Shown: one piece after another, positions 39,932 to 55,000 of the stretch
Layout of the letters: the number at the start of each line of letters is the position of its first letter
How positions within the stretch are numbered: the first letter of the stretch is position 1
Source: an uncultured Bdellovibrionales bacterium
Lineage (GTDB): Bacteria > Patescibacteriota > Minisyncoccia > Moranbacterales > GWC2-37-73
Direction of reading: 5' to 3'
Assembly: GCA_964500125.1 (NCBI GenBank)
Contig: CAZCMV010000004.1
Coordinates: forward strand, 7,010 to 71,009
DNA length: 64,000 nt
Notes under the pieces: generated by a model
What the model was told of the DNA's origin: nothing
What the model saw: the letters and a program-made list of their open reading frames with translations, nothing else
The model's database searches: none
Made by a program: the position numbers and the translations under genes

Positions 39932-42900
39932 CTATTTATTAACCCACTTAAAAATATCAAAGAAATTGTTAATAATTATTTGAACAATATTCTCTTTGGT
40001 TTTTGGTGTAAGTAAGGCATAATCAGAGGAAATAGCCACGTTATCTGAAGCATCCGTCGATTTTGCCCTGAAATAATATACTGATCCTTGGTTAAAAGAA
40101 GTAAGCACAACTACATGTTGTTGCGAAAGCACTTCGGAAAAAACTAATTCCTTATCTTCACCATTTTTTCCGTCACGATATATAATTGCACTTGTTGCTG
40201 GTTCATCAGTTTTCCAGCTTACAATTGATTGAACCTTCTCGTTTTGAGCCAATGCGGACTCTGTTTTTACCTGGTCGATTATTGGCGCACTCGTATCCTT
40301 TCCGGTAACAAATGTCTTCTCTTCCGAAACAGTCTCTAGGCCATTTTCATCGCGAGCTGTAACAGTGTAGACATAAGTCAAGCCAGATTCCAGATCATTA
40401 AGTTCTATTTGTTGTTTTTTTGCAAGATTAGGATTGCCTTTGCTTTGGGCTTCTTTTTCTTTCTTTGAATCTTGGTAATTTACTGTAGCAACAATCGGAA
40501 CATCTGATGAGAATGTTATAGTTGCCGAATGTTCAGAAACATGCACGGCCTGCAAATCGTTTATTTTTGGCGGCGATTTCGGTTCAAAAGTTGAATCAGC
40601 AGAAGTATAAATATTGCCATCAGAATCGGTTCCCTTGATTCGGAAATGATATATGGACCCACCCTTAAGCCCTGACAACTCCACACGATGATCTTTGGCT
40701 AGAGAACTTTGTTCTATTTCTGAACCATATTTTGTAGAAATTCCATATTCCAAATATGTATCAGTTGGCATTTGTGTAAGCCACACCACGGTAGCCCTGC
40801 CAATCTCTTTTGATTCCAAAACTATTGAAGATATTATTGAAGTTCCATCAGTTGTAAAAGAATTTTGTGAAGATTTGCCAATGTTGCCTTGAGCATCCAG
40901 GGACATGGCTTCGAAATAATATTTGGTTCCAGGCGCTAACCTATCCAAGGAAACCTCATGATTTTGGGTATATTTTGCAATATCCGAATTGGTATCATCA
41001 TCACCTATCATCTTTCCATAAATGGAACTCGTGCCAAAACGAACCATGCTGTTCGCATTTTCATTGGTATCCCAAGAAATCACCACGTTTTCACTTGATA
41101 TTGATTTTACGGAAACATTACTGATTGATGGTGCTACACGGTCCACATTTTCTCCGCTCTCAACCTCACTTTCTCCTATTTGTTTTTCCAATGTTGTGAA
41201 ACTTAATTCATCAGACATTAGTATAGTGTCTAAATTATCCAAGCAAGTAATGCGATAATGGTATTGTGTTTTATATATTAAACCTGAAAGATGAATTGAA
41301 TGATTGGAATTGAATGATGCTTCACCGACAGGCACTTCATTATATTGACCTAATTGTGTGCCATATTCAATAAAACATTGGGCTCTTTGGTCTGTAGAGA
41401 AATTAATAACTGCCTTTGTGTCAGTTAGGACCGCAGGAGGATTGGAAATATTACCAATATCTCCAAGTGGATCATGATTAAGTTCCGGATCGGATAAAGT
41501 TGTAAATACTTGTTCCTCTGTTTCCGAACTATTGCCATATTCATCAATCGAAACAGCCTTAAAATAATATTTCTGGCCGCCTACAAGTCCGGAAAGTGAA
41601 ACTACGTGTACATCTGAATTTATTTGGTCATTATAGTTATTAAGCAAATCGTGATCAATGCCATAATTTACCCTGGTAGAAGTACGCTTGTCTGTTTTCC
41701 ATGATATCACAGCATTATTGTCTGTTATGCTAAGTACTTCCAAATCGAAAATTTCCGGATCGGAAGTATCTGCGATAGTTGTTAATGTTTGATCAGCAGA
41801 ATAGGAGATATTATTCAGATTGTCTGTTGAACTTATTTGATAATGATAGGTTGTTTCCGGCTTCAATTCATCAAGATCAACGGAATGAATATTTATTGAT
41901 TCGTTGCGATTACCGGCAATCATTGAATAATCAACTGTTTCACCATAATTAACCAGCGAGTTCGAATTCTCGTCTGTCATCCAAGTTATTTTTGCACTGT
42001 CTTTGGTTATATTCGTTGATGATATAGCGCTTATTTCCGGTCCAAAACTATCTGGCAAGTTGATAGTTGTGAAAGTATAATCACCTGAAACATTTTCCAC
42101 TTCATCTGTCGAACGCACACGAAAATGATAGGTCGTACCAGGCAACAATCCCTCTAGGGTGACAGAATGCGCTGTATTATCATCCAATTTACCAAATACT
42201 GCTCCATAATCAGTGTTTAAACCGTATTCAACAAAAGACGTTGCTGCTAGGTCCGTATTCCAAGAAACAGTCGTGCGATGTTCATCAAGATTCAATGAGG
42301 ATAACGAACTGATCACCGGCGGCACTGGTCCAGGAGCTGTTGCTCTCTGATAATATGAACCTGAATTATTATCCGTCGCCTTATTTCCAGAAGCATCGGC
42401 AGAAGAAATTCTCAACAAATACACAGTGCCCGGAGTAAGCCCGGAAAGGGTCACACTATGGAATGTTGATAGCACGGAAAACCCTTGCTCTGAAAAAGTA
42501 TTTCCACCATCGCTGGAATATCCAACATATGAATTGGAAGCTTCATCAGTATTCCAAGTAACCGTTACTGAATCCCTTGTTGGCGTACCAATGTTTATAT
42601 TTGCAATTATTGGCGCCGTGCTATCCGCAGGATTGACCGTTGTTGTAAATGTATTATCATCGGAAACAGCTTCATTATATAATCCGTCGGAAGATCTCAC
42701 TCTGAAATGATATGCCTGTTCCGAGGACAAGTCGTATGGCAACTGAACCGTATGATTTTTTACAGCATTATTATCACCATAAATTCTTCCATAGGAAACT
42801 GTCTGACCATATTCTACATAAGAAGTGGCGTCTTCGTCTGTTGTCCAAGTTATTGTCGCACTATTAAATGAGGGAGTTGAAGATAAATTGCTAATTTGCG

Positions 42901-45900
42901 GAGGAGTCACATCTTCACTTGTCAAAGTAACGAACTGATCCTGAGCCGATATTGCTTCATTATTAGCAGCATCTTTGGAGTGAATTTTGAAATAATAGGT
43001 TACACCCTGTTCAAGGGAAGGGACTATAATACTATGGTTTGTAACCATGTTTCCGTCGCCATATTGGGCGCCAGTTGAAAAACCATTTGTTTTTGAATAT
43101 TCAATAAATGAAGTCGCTGCTTCATCTGTATTCCAAGTTATTGTTGCAGTTGAAGATGTAGTTCCAGCCACAACAATGTCTGATATTGAAGGGGCTGTGT
43201 TGTCACCAGCAGAAGTAATGAAAGTATATCCGTTGCCTCCATTAGTATCCACGGCTAAAGCATTGGATGCATTCGCGGACTTTGCCTGAAAATAATATTG
43301 CGTATTTGGAGTGAGTCCGTTCAAAACAACACTATGAGAAGTTACCATTGTACCTGAGCCAATTTCATTTTCAAAGTGTGCCGGTTGCACAGAAAACCCA
43401 ACAATAGAAGAAGATAGCACGTCTGTTGTCCAATTTATCTGCACACTGTTTGCTGTTATATTATCAATGTTTACATCGGAAATTACAGGGGATTGTTCAC
43501 CCGACCCTCCACCACCTTCCCCAGCATCCTTTATTCCATTAGCCACTCCACTGACCACAGAAGAAGAATATGAAACATTATTTTCAGTATCTACAGACAC
43601 CACACGATAATAATAATTAACATCACCCTCGACAGAATTATCTCCATAATAATTAGTAAGCCTATTATTTATTGTTTCGATATGAGTCCAGTCTGTCTGA
43701 TTTTCAGAACGATAAATATGATAAGCTTCAAAACCAGCAACGGGAGCAATGATAGTTTTCCAAGCAATAAATAAACGAAATTCACTCAGGCCGTCATACA
43801 AATTTGAAGTATCTTGAATCATCATCGCACCTGGCTGTTCCGGAGTGGTTGCTGAAATAATTTCAGAAAAATTATTAAAACCATCCTTAAACTGAACATA
43901 GACCACGTCAGGATTTTCAGCTAGAGCAATGTTTTTAGTAGCAGCATAATCTTCCCATGAAGATCCAGCCAGATCACTATTAAGTGAAACTTTCATTTGC
44001 AAAGAACTGTCATCTGTTAACATTAAATGTGCCACAGCTGGAATACTTGAAGCATCCACAGTTGCAGGAATAACTCCCAGTATTGGATCTTTTGTGTCCA
44101 CAATGGGAACAATAATATTCCCATAGGTAATATTATTAGCACCTTCTCCATCGTTTACCTTGACCCTTATTTTTAGGTCAGTCAGATATTGATTTGCATA
44201 ATCTTGTTTTATATTCCATTTTAATTGATGTTCTGTCCAATTAACTTCGTCCACCGAAACGCCAGCACCAACATCGCCAGTTAGGCTAATAGCATCCACC
44301 CAAGTTTCACTTCCTTGAGTTGAACAATTAGACTTACAATATTGTAAGCTAACATTAACATTTTCTTGCGTAGCACCTGTTGATGTATCAGCATCACGTA
44401 CTTCATAATCAACAGCAATCAAACCATCCGAACCTTGTGAAGCTGAAATATTTTGGATTTCAGGAGAAGCATTAACAACATACATCACATCCACTGATTC
44501 CAAAATAGGCGTATAGGCGGTATTTCTACTTGATAAATTAATTTCATATTGTATCCATTGGTCATTATTACTATCCATTACCAAAGCAGGCATTGCTTCA
44601 TTTCCATTATTATCTGTAAAGTACGATGTCGAAGTTCCATCCGGTCCAATCCAATCAGTCCAGTTTGTCCCATCAGAAGAGGTTCTGATGCGGAAAAGAA
44701 TTTCCGTTTCCGCAGATAAATTTTCCACCCATTGCAATTTTGCCAATACATTATTCAAATCTCCAGTATTATAAGCGGAGGATCGCAACCTGGAATAATC
44801 CTTTATGTAATCAACGGTTATCCTATCCAAAAAAGGACTCGAATCACCATCGGAAGAATAAAAACTTGCAGCAAAATCAAGCGTATCAGTTTCAACAGTG
44901 AATCCTCCAGAAGCATTCCACTGCGAAAAACCAAGGTTTTGGATGATATCCCCCTCCATTCCAACTGTCGCAACATTACTTAGTTCAGTTGCTATCCAGG
45001 ATGATCCATCCCAATATTTCCATGTATTTCTATTATCAAAAGAAACCAAATATCTTATTGAGGTTAAATCTGGAATATCTTGATTTAACGACACCTTTTC
45101 TATGCCATTCCATTGCGTTGTAGACAATTGAGAAGTAGCATTGGTTGTTACGTAAAAATGCTGATCAGTAGTATATGCAACTGTCTGCTTGTTATCTGAA
45201 ATTGGCACAATATTGCCTGAAGCATCAGTTATTCTTACATAATCGATTCCCAGCTGTCCCATACCAGAAGCTTTAGCATCTTCAAACTCCAAATACACGG
45301 CCTGTCCTCTAGCCGAGCTGATATCATACGTCTCATCATACATGTTATTGGTTGTGTAACCGCCATACATGTTTGTCTCCCAAACAACAGAATTATCAGA
45401 TGCTTTTCTTAATCGCGACCATGTCTTCTCGTTCCCATTTGCCCTTCTCCTTATTTTTAGATAACTGGCGTTTTGCGGAATATCCAATATCGAAGAATAC
45501 TTCAGCACGCCCACAGGATTGTCACCTATCCAAGCGCAGTATGTGCCTTCAGTATTCCCCTCGCAACCAGATATCCCCCAAGAAGCTGAGGCTGTCCATT
45601 CCTGCATAGTGCCAAGCTCAAAATTATAGTTGACTAAATTTGAATAAGTACCTGATAATTTAACGCCACTATTTAAAAAATCCGTACCTGCTGCCTCATT
45701 TTCCTGAATAAAATCACTTTCATTAGTAAAATAAATATTTTCCGTTCCTACTATGTCATAAAAATAATAATTGAAAGACATATCATTCAGTGTTGGTGAA
45801 ATAGCATTATCCGAAGTAGATAAATTAGCTCGATATTGAACATATCTATTGCCATTCAGGGAAGGTATGCCTCCTCCATTTACAATTCCCGTTTGCCAAG

Positions 45901-47377
45901 AAGTCCAGCTTTCATCCGGAACCATAGTATTTCCTGCACGCACATCGACAGTAAGTGTTGTATTCACCGGCGTAGTTGCGTTAAATACAAGCGTAGAGAA
46001 ACTAGATTTTTGGCCAACGTCAATAATGTTTGACGTAAAAGATCCGGAAGAAAAATAACTAGATACGCTGGTCCCAAAAGAAATTTCTGGTTCAGATGAA
46101 GAAGTTTTTCTTAACAATATTTTTCCCGGATAATTTAAGGTTGCATAGCCACGACTATATAAATCAGCTATTTCATCTGGGGATAAATTTCTGGAAAATA
46201 TCATAACCTCATCAATTTGACCATTGAATGGATGTGGATTGCCACCAATTTCAAATGAACTTGTATTAAGAACATTTTTCAAGGCACCCGAAGAAACAGC
46301 TACGCCATCAATATACAAAGTGCCAGTCGTATCATACTTAACAGCAGCATAATGATGCCATTGGCCGTCTTTAACAGACGTTGATCCGCAAACATTAGAA
46401 TACCCTCCTGAATATGTCATTATGCAAGGAAAACCTTCGTTGTTTATATTGAAACGAATTTCATAGTTTCCAGTACTATCTCTCTGCGATACAATTTCTT
46501 CATAATAATCAGTTGTTTTAAACCAACCAGAAACGGTATAATTAACATTTCCCTCCAATTCGTTTATTTTTGTTGCAAATGTCACTGGGGAATAATTGAA
46601 ACTACGAGCATTTCCATATTTTCCGGGCACAATTGATGAGCTTGTTGTGCCATTATAATTATTACCAGACATGTCATTTACCGCGGTACCGCTTGCTTCA
46701 TCCATAGAAAAAATAGCGCGTGCATTGGAAATTTCCCTAATAAAAACATCATTTATGTTACTTTGACTCTCCAGAGATAAATTTCCATAGTTAAAATATA
46801 CTGTTGTGCCACCGACAGGAATCAATGGCAATTTAATCCAAATCTTTGTTGCTACCGAATTAATCCCAGATTCTATCCAATAAGGCAAAGGAGAAATACC
46901 ATCAGTATCATAAAACCTGATGTCTCCGCCGTCACTACGCATGTTTCCCTGAGAAATAAGCTCTTGGGTATTAATATTCAGACTTACCTGAAAATCAGTC
47001 AAGTCCGCACCGGAAGCATTGGAGATTAAAACAGGCAAACGATATTCTTGGGAATCCAAAACCAATCCAGCATCAATACCTTCTCCAAAAATTATTGCGT
47101 TAGAATTAGTCCCGGAATTAAAATCAGTATCGCTCGTCTGCGTTTTCAACCCAAATGATTCTTGCAATTTTATTTCCGAACCAGCACTAACAATTTCATC
47201 TTTACTTTGATATTCATTCCAATCGCTTTGATTTCCAGGATGTTGAGCATTATTAGTGGTTCCCCCGCCAACCCATGATGACTGAGTGAATATATAAGTT
47301 GCACCTTGAATGCCATTGCTTCGAAATAACAAAATCAACATTAACAAAAAACTAACCAAAAAAACCGTCGCTTTCAA
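39932..47377 (-). CDS. Giant secreted/surface protein: DUF2341-like, LamG-like and many fibronectin-III-like repeats
   Basis: Signal peptide; DIRFYD..LPYWIE; DGQWHHYAAV..LYIDG..GQIDEV; repeated ATITWxTDE..S.V.YG..H.V.L.GL.PGTTYHF. Confidence 0.88.
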   Translation of the reverse strand: MKATVFLVSFLLMLILLFRSNGIQGATYIFTQSSWVGGGTTNNAQHPGNQSDWNEYQSKDEIVSAGSEIKLQESFGLKTQTSDTDFNSGTNSNAIIFGEGIDAGLVLDSQEYRLPVLISNASGADLTDFQVSLNINTQELISQGNMRSDGGDIRFYDTDGISPLPYWIESGINSVATKIWIKLPLIPVGGTTVYFNYGNLSLESQSNINDVFIREISNARAIFSMDEASGTAVNDMSGNNYNGTTSSSIVPGKYGNARSFNYSPVTFATKINELEGNVNYTVSGWFKTTDYYEEIVSQRDSTGNYEIRFNINNEGFPCIMTYSGGYSNVCGSTSVKDGQWHHYAAVKYDTTGTLYIDGVAVSSGALKNVLNTSSFEIGGNPHPFNGQIDEVMIFSRNLSPDEIADLYSRGYATLNYPGKILLRKTSSSEPEISFGTSVSSYFSSGSFTSNIIDVGQKSSFSTLVFNATTPVNTTLTVDVRAGNTMVPDESWTSWQTGIVNGGGIPSLNGNRYVQYRANLSTSDNAISPTLNDMSFNYYFYDIVGTENIYFTNESDFIQENEAAGTDFLNSGVKLSGTYSNLVNYNFELGTMQEWTASASWGISGCEGNTEGTYCAWIGDNPVGVLKYSSILDIPQNASYLKIRRRANGNEKTWSRLRKASDNSVVWETNMYGGYTTNNMYDETYDISSARGQAVYLEFEDAKASGMGQLGIDYVRITDASGNIVPISDNKQTVAYTTDQHFYVTTNATSQLSTTQWNGIEKVSLNQDIPDLTSIRYLVSFDNRNTWKYWDGSSWIATELSNVATVGMEGDIIQNLGFSQWNASGGFTVETDTLDFAASFYSSDGDSSPFLDRITVDYIKDYSRLRSSAYNTGDLNNVLAKLQWVENLSAETEILFRIRTSSDGTNWTDWIGPDGTSTSYFTDNNGNEAMPALVMDSNNDQWIQYEINLSSRNTAYTPILESVDVMYVVNASPEIQNISASQGSDGLIAVDYEVRDADTSTGATQENVNVSLQYCKSNCSTQGSETWVDAISLTGDVGAGVSVDEVNWTEHQLKWNIKQDYANQYLTDLKIRVKVNDGEGANNITYGNIIVPIVDTKDPILGVIPATVDASSIPAVAHLMLTDDSSLQMKVSLNSDLAGSSWEDYAATKNIALAENPDVVYVQFKDGFNNFSEIISATTPEQPGAMMIQDTSNLYDGLSEFRLFIAWKTIIAPVAGFEAYHIYRSENQTDWTHIETINNRLTNYYGDNSVEGDVNYYYRVVSVDTENNVSYSSSVVSGVANGIKDAGEGGGGSGEQSPVISDVNIDNITANSVQINWTTDVLSSSIVGFSVQPAHFENEIGSGTMVTSHSVVLNGLTPNTQYYFQAKSANASNALAVDTNGGNGYTFITSAGDNTAPSISDIVVAGTTSSTATITWNTDEAATSFIEYSKTNGFSTGAQYGDGNMVTNHSIIVPSLEQGVTYYFKIHSKDAANNEAISAQDQFVTLTSEDVTPPQISNLSSTPSFNSATITWTTDEDATSYVEYGQTVSYGRIYGDNNAVKNHTVQLPYDLSSEQAYHFRVRSSDGLYNEAVSDDNTFTTTVNPADSTAPIIANINIGTPTRDSVTVTWNTDEASNSYVGYSSDGGNTFSEQGFSVLSTFHSVTLSGLTPGTVYLLRISSADASGNKATDNNSGSYYQRATAPGPVPPVISSLSSLNLDEHRTTVSWNTDLAATSFVEYGLNTDYGAVFGKLDDNTAHSVTLEGLLPGTTYHFRVRSTDEVENVSGDYTFTTINLPDSFGPEISAISSTNITKDSAKITWMTDENSNSLVNYGETVDYSMIAGNRNESINIHSVDLDELKPETTYHYQISSTDNLNNISYSADQTLTTIADTSDPEIFDLEVLSITDNNAVISWKTDKRTSTRVNYGIDHDLLNNYNDQINSDVHVVSLSGLVGGQKYYFKAVSIDEYGNSSETEEQVFTTLSDPELNHDPLGDIGNISNPPAVLTDTKAVINFSTDQRAQCFIEYGTQLGQYNEVPVGEASFNSNHSIHLSGLIYKTQYHYRITCLDNLDTILMSDELSFTTLEKQIGESEVESGENVDRVAPSISNVSVKSISSENVVISWDTNENANSMVRFGTSSIYGKMIGDDDTNSDIAKYTQNHEVSLDRLAPGTKYYFEAMSLDAQGNIGKSSQNSFTTDGTSIISSIVLESKEIGRATVVWLTQMPTDTYLEYGISTKYGSEIEQSSLAKDHRVELSGLKGGSIYHFRIKGTDSDGNIYTSADSTFEPKSPPKINDLQAVHVSEHSATITFSSDVPIVATVNYQDSKKEKEAQSKGNPNLAKKQQIELNDLESGLTYVYTVTARDENGLETVSEEKTFVTGKDTSAPIIDQVKTESALAQNEKVQSIVSWKTDEPATSAIIYRDGKNGEDKELVFSEVLSQQHVVVLTSFNQGSVYYFRAKSTDASDNVAISSDYALLTPKTKENIVQIIINNFFDIFKWVNK

Positions 47378-47511
47378 AAGAGGACGATAAGAAAAAAATT
47401 TTTTAGAAAATATTTTGCACGCACAAAAATTACCATGTTATTTATATTTCTCGCCTTTCCGCAAAAGATTCAATAGGCGTTGATATGTATCTTTTTTGTT
47501 TATAGAAAAAT

Positions 47512-50614
<3,103 letters not shown>

Positions 50615-50738
50615 TTTTTTATTTTTTTGCTTTTTATCTACTTGATGTAATTATAACACATTGGTCATATATGTCCCATCAACACATAAGCACTTCTTGT
50701 CATTTTGTTCCATTTATCCTATTTTTCTTTGAACAACC

Positions 50739-51470
50739 TCACGCCAGCCACTGATAAAAGTCCTTAATAACTGATTCAAGCGACCGCAAATCTCTTTGCT
50801 CCATTTGCAGCTTTACCAAGGATTGTAAGGAATTTTTAGCTGAGATACGCAGTGCTTTGATTGCATTTTTGGAGATATGCATTGAGCCTATTGATTTTGG
50901 CACGCAACCGTTACAAATAATCCCGCCGCTTCTGGCAGAAAAATTGGCGTCACTTTCAGTTATTGCCTTGCCGCAATAAGCACAGCGCATACTTTCAATC
51001 GTATAACCCAAACCCATTGCCATGTGTAACAAAAATCCCGCGCTTACCAAACGCATGCTCACATTTTTCTTATCACTGTCTTTAATATTCGCAGAAATAA
51101 TATCAATTGTTTCCAGATATGAGTATATGATATTAAACAATTGTTCATCCACATGCTCCAAATCAATGAAGTGATTTACTGTATTTATGGAAGAAAAAAC
51201 CACATCGAGAGCTTCGCCGTCACGCTTTAAAAATGAAAAATTATTTTCCACAATTGAGCCGGTTATTTTCCCCGTGCCACGACTTCGCGCAATCGTCACA
51301 TCAGCCAAAGTGAAATTCTCCAAAAGTCCGGCAAGCTTGGCGCCATGCTTGCGCACGCTCTTGGCCAAAACTTGCATCTTGCCACGCTCGCGCGTATACA
51401 GCCAATATAGCCGGTCCATTTCTCCGACATCCTTCTTTCTCAAAACTATTGATGTATATGTTTGTTCCAT
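50739..51470 (-). CDS. recO: DNA repair protein RecO
   Basis: GEMDR..LYTRERGK..AKSVRK, CAYC...CNGC. Confidence 0.93.
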   Translation of the reverse strand: MEQTYTSIVLRKKDVGEMDRLYWLYTRERGKMQVLAKSVRKHGAKLAGLLENFTLADVTIARSRGTGKITGSIVENNFSFLKRDGEALDVVFSSINTVNHFIDLEHVDEQLFNIIYSYLETIDIISANIKDSDKKNVSMRLVSAGFLLHMAMGLGYTIESMRCAYCGKAITESDANFSARSGGIICNGCVPKSIGSMHISKNAIKALRISAKNSLQSLVKLQMEQRDLRSLESVIKDFYQWLA

Positions 51471-51583
51471 AAATACATTATACCAAACTATTTCGCAAGG
51501 GTCCGATATTCATGATTCATCCATTTCAAAACAAAAGAAAAAAGGACACGCTATAATAACGCGGTCCTTATAGTTGAAGTAGA

Positions 51584-51766
51584 TCATAACAATAAGCCAA
51601 TCCCCTTGGCCAGTGGAATAATCATATCTTCCCAAACCAGCCATAAAATCCCGCGCCTGGGGTAACATTCGTCACCCTCGGCATTCCCTTGGTCAATGAT
51701 CTTCTGAAGGCCGTTGGCCTCCAGATTCCTCTGAGCTCTTTCAAGCTCAATAAATCCCATTATCAT
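51584..51766 (-). CDS. Small hypothetical protein
   Basis: AAGGAG before ATG; downstream hairpin. Confidence 0.45.
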   Translation of the reverse strand: MIMGFIELERAQRNLEANGLQKIIDQGNAEGDECYPRRGILWLVWEDMIIPLAKGIGLLL

Positions 51767-51797
51767 ATTTTCTCCTTTTCCGAGCTATCTAGTAGCT

Positions 51798-52016
51798 CTA
51801 TCTTTTTTTTGTCATTATTTCGCACAATTCGTGCAAGATAAACAAACAAGCTAAATAAACAAATAGACAAAAAACTACATCCTTTGCCCAAACATAAACT
51901 TGCCCGAGCCAGCCACAGAAATCTTCTGGATTAATCCAGTCATTTCTGCAACTGACAAATAAAGGATACAGAAAAAGAACTAAAACCATCATCTCCTTTT
52001 TTTGGGTTATTTTCAA
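51798..52016 (-). CDS. Small hypothetical membrane protein
   Basis: AAGGAGG before TTG; two hydrophobic segments. Confidence 0.45.
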   Translation of the reverse strand: MKITQKKEMMVLVLFLYPLFVSCRNDWINPEDFCGWLGQVYVWAKDVVFCLFVYLACLFILHELCEIMTKKR

Positions 52017-52040
52017 TGTACCTTCCTCCTTTTTATTTTT

Positions 52041-55000
52041 TTAAATCTTTTTTATACTTATTGAAATATTTTCTCCATCCACCAAAAACTCCTTTTTCAA
52101 ATCTGCGTCATCCATTTTTCCTTCATTTATGGCATCAGCCAACGTTTCTTTAGCAATCAAATCGCCAAATTTTCCAAACACTACCGATGATCCATTATAG
52201 CATATTTGAATGCGATTGTCAACCTCATAACCGGCAGCTTTGCGCATTTCCTGAATGAAGCGAACCACCTCCCGCGCCTGCCCTTCCAGCTTAAGATCCT
52301 TTGTTATTTCAATGTTAAGTGCAATCAAGGCATGTCTTTCATTGATAGAAAATTCTCTTTTATCGTCATTAAGCAAAAGATATTTCTTCCTTTCTAAATC
52401 TCCAACTAGAACAAGATCAAATTCTTCTTTGCTAGTAAATTTTCTAATAAATTTAACATTCAATTCTTCTTTAATAATATCATCAAATTGTTCATTCAAA
52501 TCAACTCTTGTCCATATCAACACCTCTTCCAGCGGTTGTCTCACTTTTATTTTTCCCTGAGCACGCGCAGCGAGACCTTGCGAAACTATATCACGAACTG
52601 TAGCCATATCAACATTTAATTCTGTATCTATCATGTCTTTATCAATTTCAGGAAAATCTGAAAGATGCACAGATTCCTCTCCTGTGAGATTTTTATATAT
52701 ATCCTCCGCCACAAACGGCGTGAAAGGTGCCATCAGCTTAGACAGTGTAACCAGCACGCAATGCAGCGTCACGTATGCCTCATTCTTGTCTGCGTCATTC
52801 TCGCTCTTCCAGAACCTTTTGCGCGATCGGCGAATATACCAATTGGAAAGATTGTCGATATATTTTTCAATCAATTTAGCCGCTGCATATATATCATAAT
52901 TTCCCAGCTTATCATCCACTTCTTTTATAAGCACATTTAATTCCGACAATATCCATTTATCAAGCAAACTTATCACTTTTAACTTTTCACTTTTAACTTG
53001 AAAATTATCAATATTCGCATACATCACAAAAAACGAGTATGAATTCCAAAGCATGCGGAACACGCGATTCATAATATCTTGCATGCCTTTGATATCAAAC
53101 TTCTTCGGCATACCCGGTTGATTTATTGTGAAAAGCATCCAGCGCAGCATATCGGCACCATATTGATCCATCACTTCCATCGGCTCAACCACATTGCCGC
53201 GTGATTTACTCATCTTCTTACCGTGCTTGTCCAAAATATGTGCCAAACAAATAACATTTTTATATGCATTACCTGTCGGCATTTTACCAGCCTTGTTGAG
53301 TAGCGTAGCGATTGCATGCAACGTATAGAACCAGCCGCGTGTTTGATCGATCGCTTCGGAAATATAATCAGCCGGAAACACTAATCCTTTTTCAATCTTC
53401 TCCTTGTCTTCGACGGTTGCATTACTTGGATACAAAAATTGCGCAAGCGGCATTGAACCGCTATCAAACCAAACATCCATCACTTCCGGCGTACGCGTCA
53501 TTTTCCCCCCACATTTTTCACACTTAAACTTAACGTCATCTACAAACGGCTTATGAACATCAAGAGATTCAGAAAACATTTTCTTCACACTTCCATTTGA
53601 AAGATAACCTTTTTCTTTAATCTCATTGTCTCGTAATCCTTCTAGCACGCCAGAAAATATGTGCAAGGGATCTCCATGCGAAACGATAACAATATTTTTG
53701 CCTGAATATTTTTCATTTATTTCTCCAAGAAAAGAACTTAATCTTTTTTTTATGTCAGAAACTGTTTCTGCGCCATATTCATTGCTTTCATTAAAATGAA
53801 CTTCCTTAATAATCCGCCAATTTTCCAATGCCTCACCATTAAATTTACCCATGCCTGTCTCCGTAAGTCTTTCATCAAAAACAATTTTCACTCCCGTATT
53901 TTTCGATATTATTTCTGCAGTCTCTTTTGTTCTTTGCAAAGGAGAAGCGAAAATCAAATCGATTCTTTCCTCACACAATTCACGCGCAACTTTTTCAATC
54001 TGAGCTTTTCCGATTTTGGTTAGCGAATATGCTTTTTTTTCAGGATAGCTGCTTATTATCTTCTGCACATTATTTTCTGATTCGCCATGGCGTACTAAAA
54101 ATAACTTATTGGGATTACCCAGCTGTTCCTTTATTTCCTCAATAGATTCAACAACTTTCAGCTCTCCACACGTGTCACATTCCCAAATAGGCAAAGGCGT
54201 GCCCCAATATCGTTCGCGCGAGATTGCCCAATCCTTAATTCCACGCAGCCATTCTCCAAAGCGCCCTTCTTTGATATATTCCGGCACCCAATTAATATTC
54301 TCGTTATTTTTCACCAATTCATCTGAAAACGCGCTCATGCGGATATACCATGAAGGTTTTGCATAGTAAATAAGCGGCGTGTCGCAGCGCCAGCAATGAG
54401 GATACTCGTGTTCATACACTTCTTCCTTGAAAAACAAATCTCTTTCTTTCAAATCAGTAACGATCAAATCATCCACGGAATAGCGATTTTTGTCATTTTT
54501 CTTTTTAACCTCGATGCCTTTCGTATTTGCTACATCAGCAATCATTTTTCCCTCTTCATCGACGGTGATGAGTGTAGGCAAATCATTTTCCTGAGCTACG
54601 TCGGCATCATCCGCGCCAAATGCCGGCGCAATATGCACAATTCCTGTGCCATCCTCAGTTGTCACAAAACCACCAGCGACGACATAGTGAGTTTTTCTGT
54701 CTACATCATTAGCAGTCTTATATAATGGCTCGTATTCAAGACCAACTAATTTACTCCCCTGGAAATAATCTATATTTTTAAACAATACATTCCCCGTGCC
54801 TTTGTAGTTGACACATGCCCATGAAAAATCATCTTCATGATTAGAAATTGCTCCAAAGCGTATTGGCTCACCAAAAATTTTTATATGCAAATTCGTATCA
54901 TTAGCCAAAATTATCTTATCTCCTTTTTTAAAATTAAACTCGCCAGAATCATTTGCTTCTATCTCCGCTTCAAAATATTGGTTTTTAGCATTAACTGCCA

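Noticed and set aside
39932-43500. Repeats within the giant gene as DNA mobile repeats
   Set aside because: They are diverged protein-domain (Fn3-like) repeats visible only at the amino-acid level
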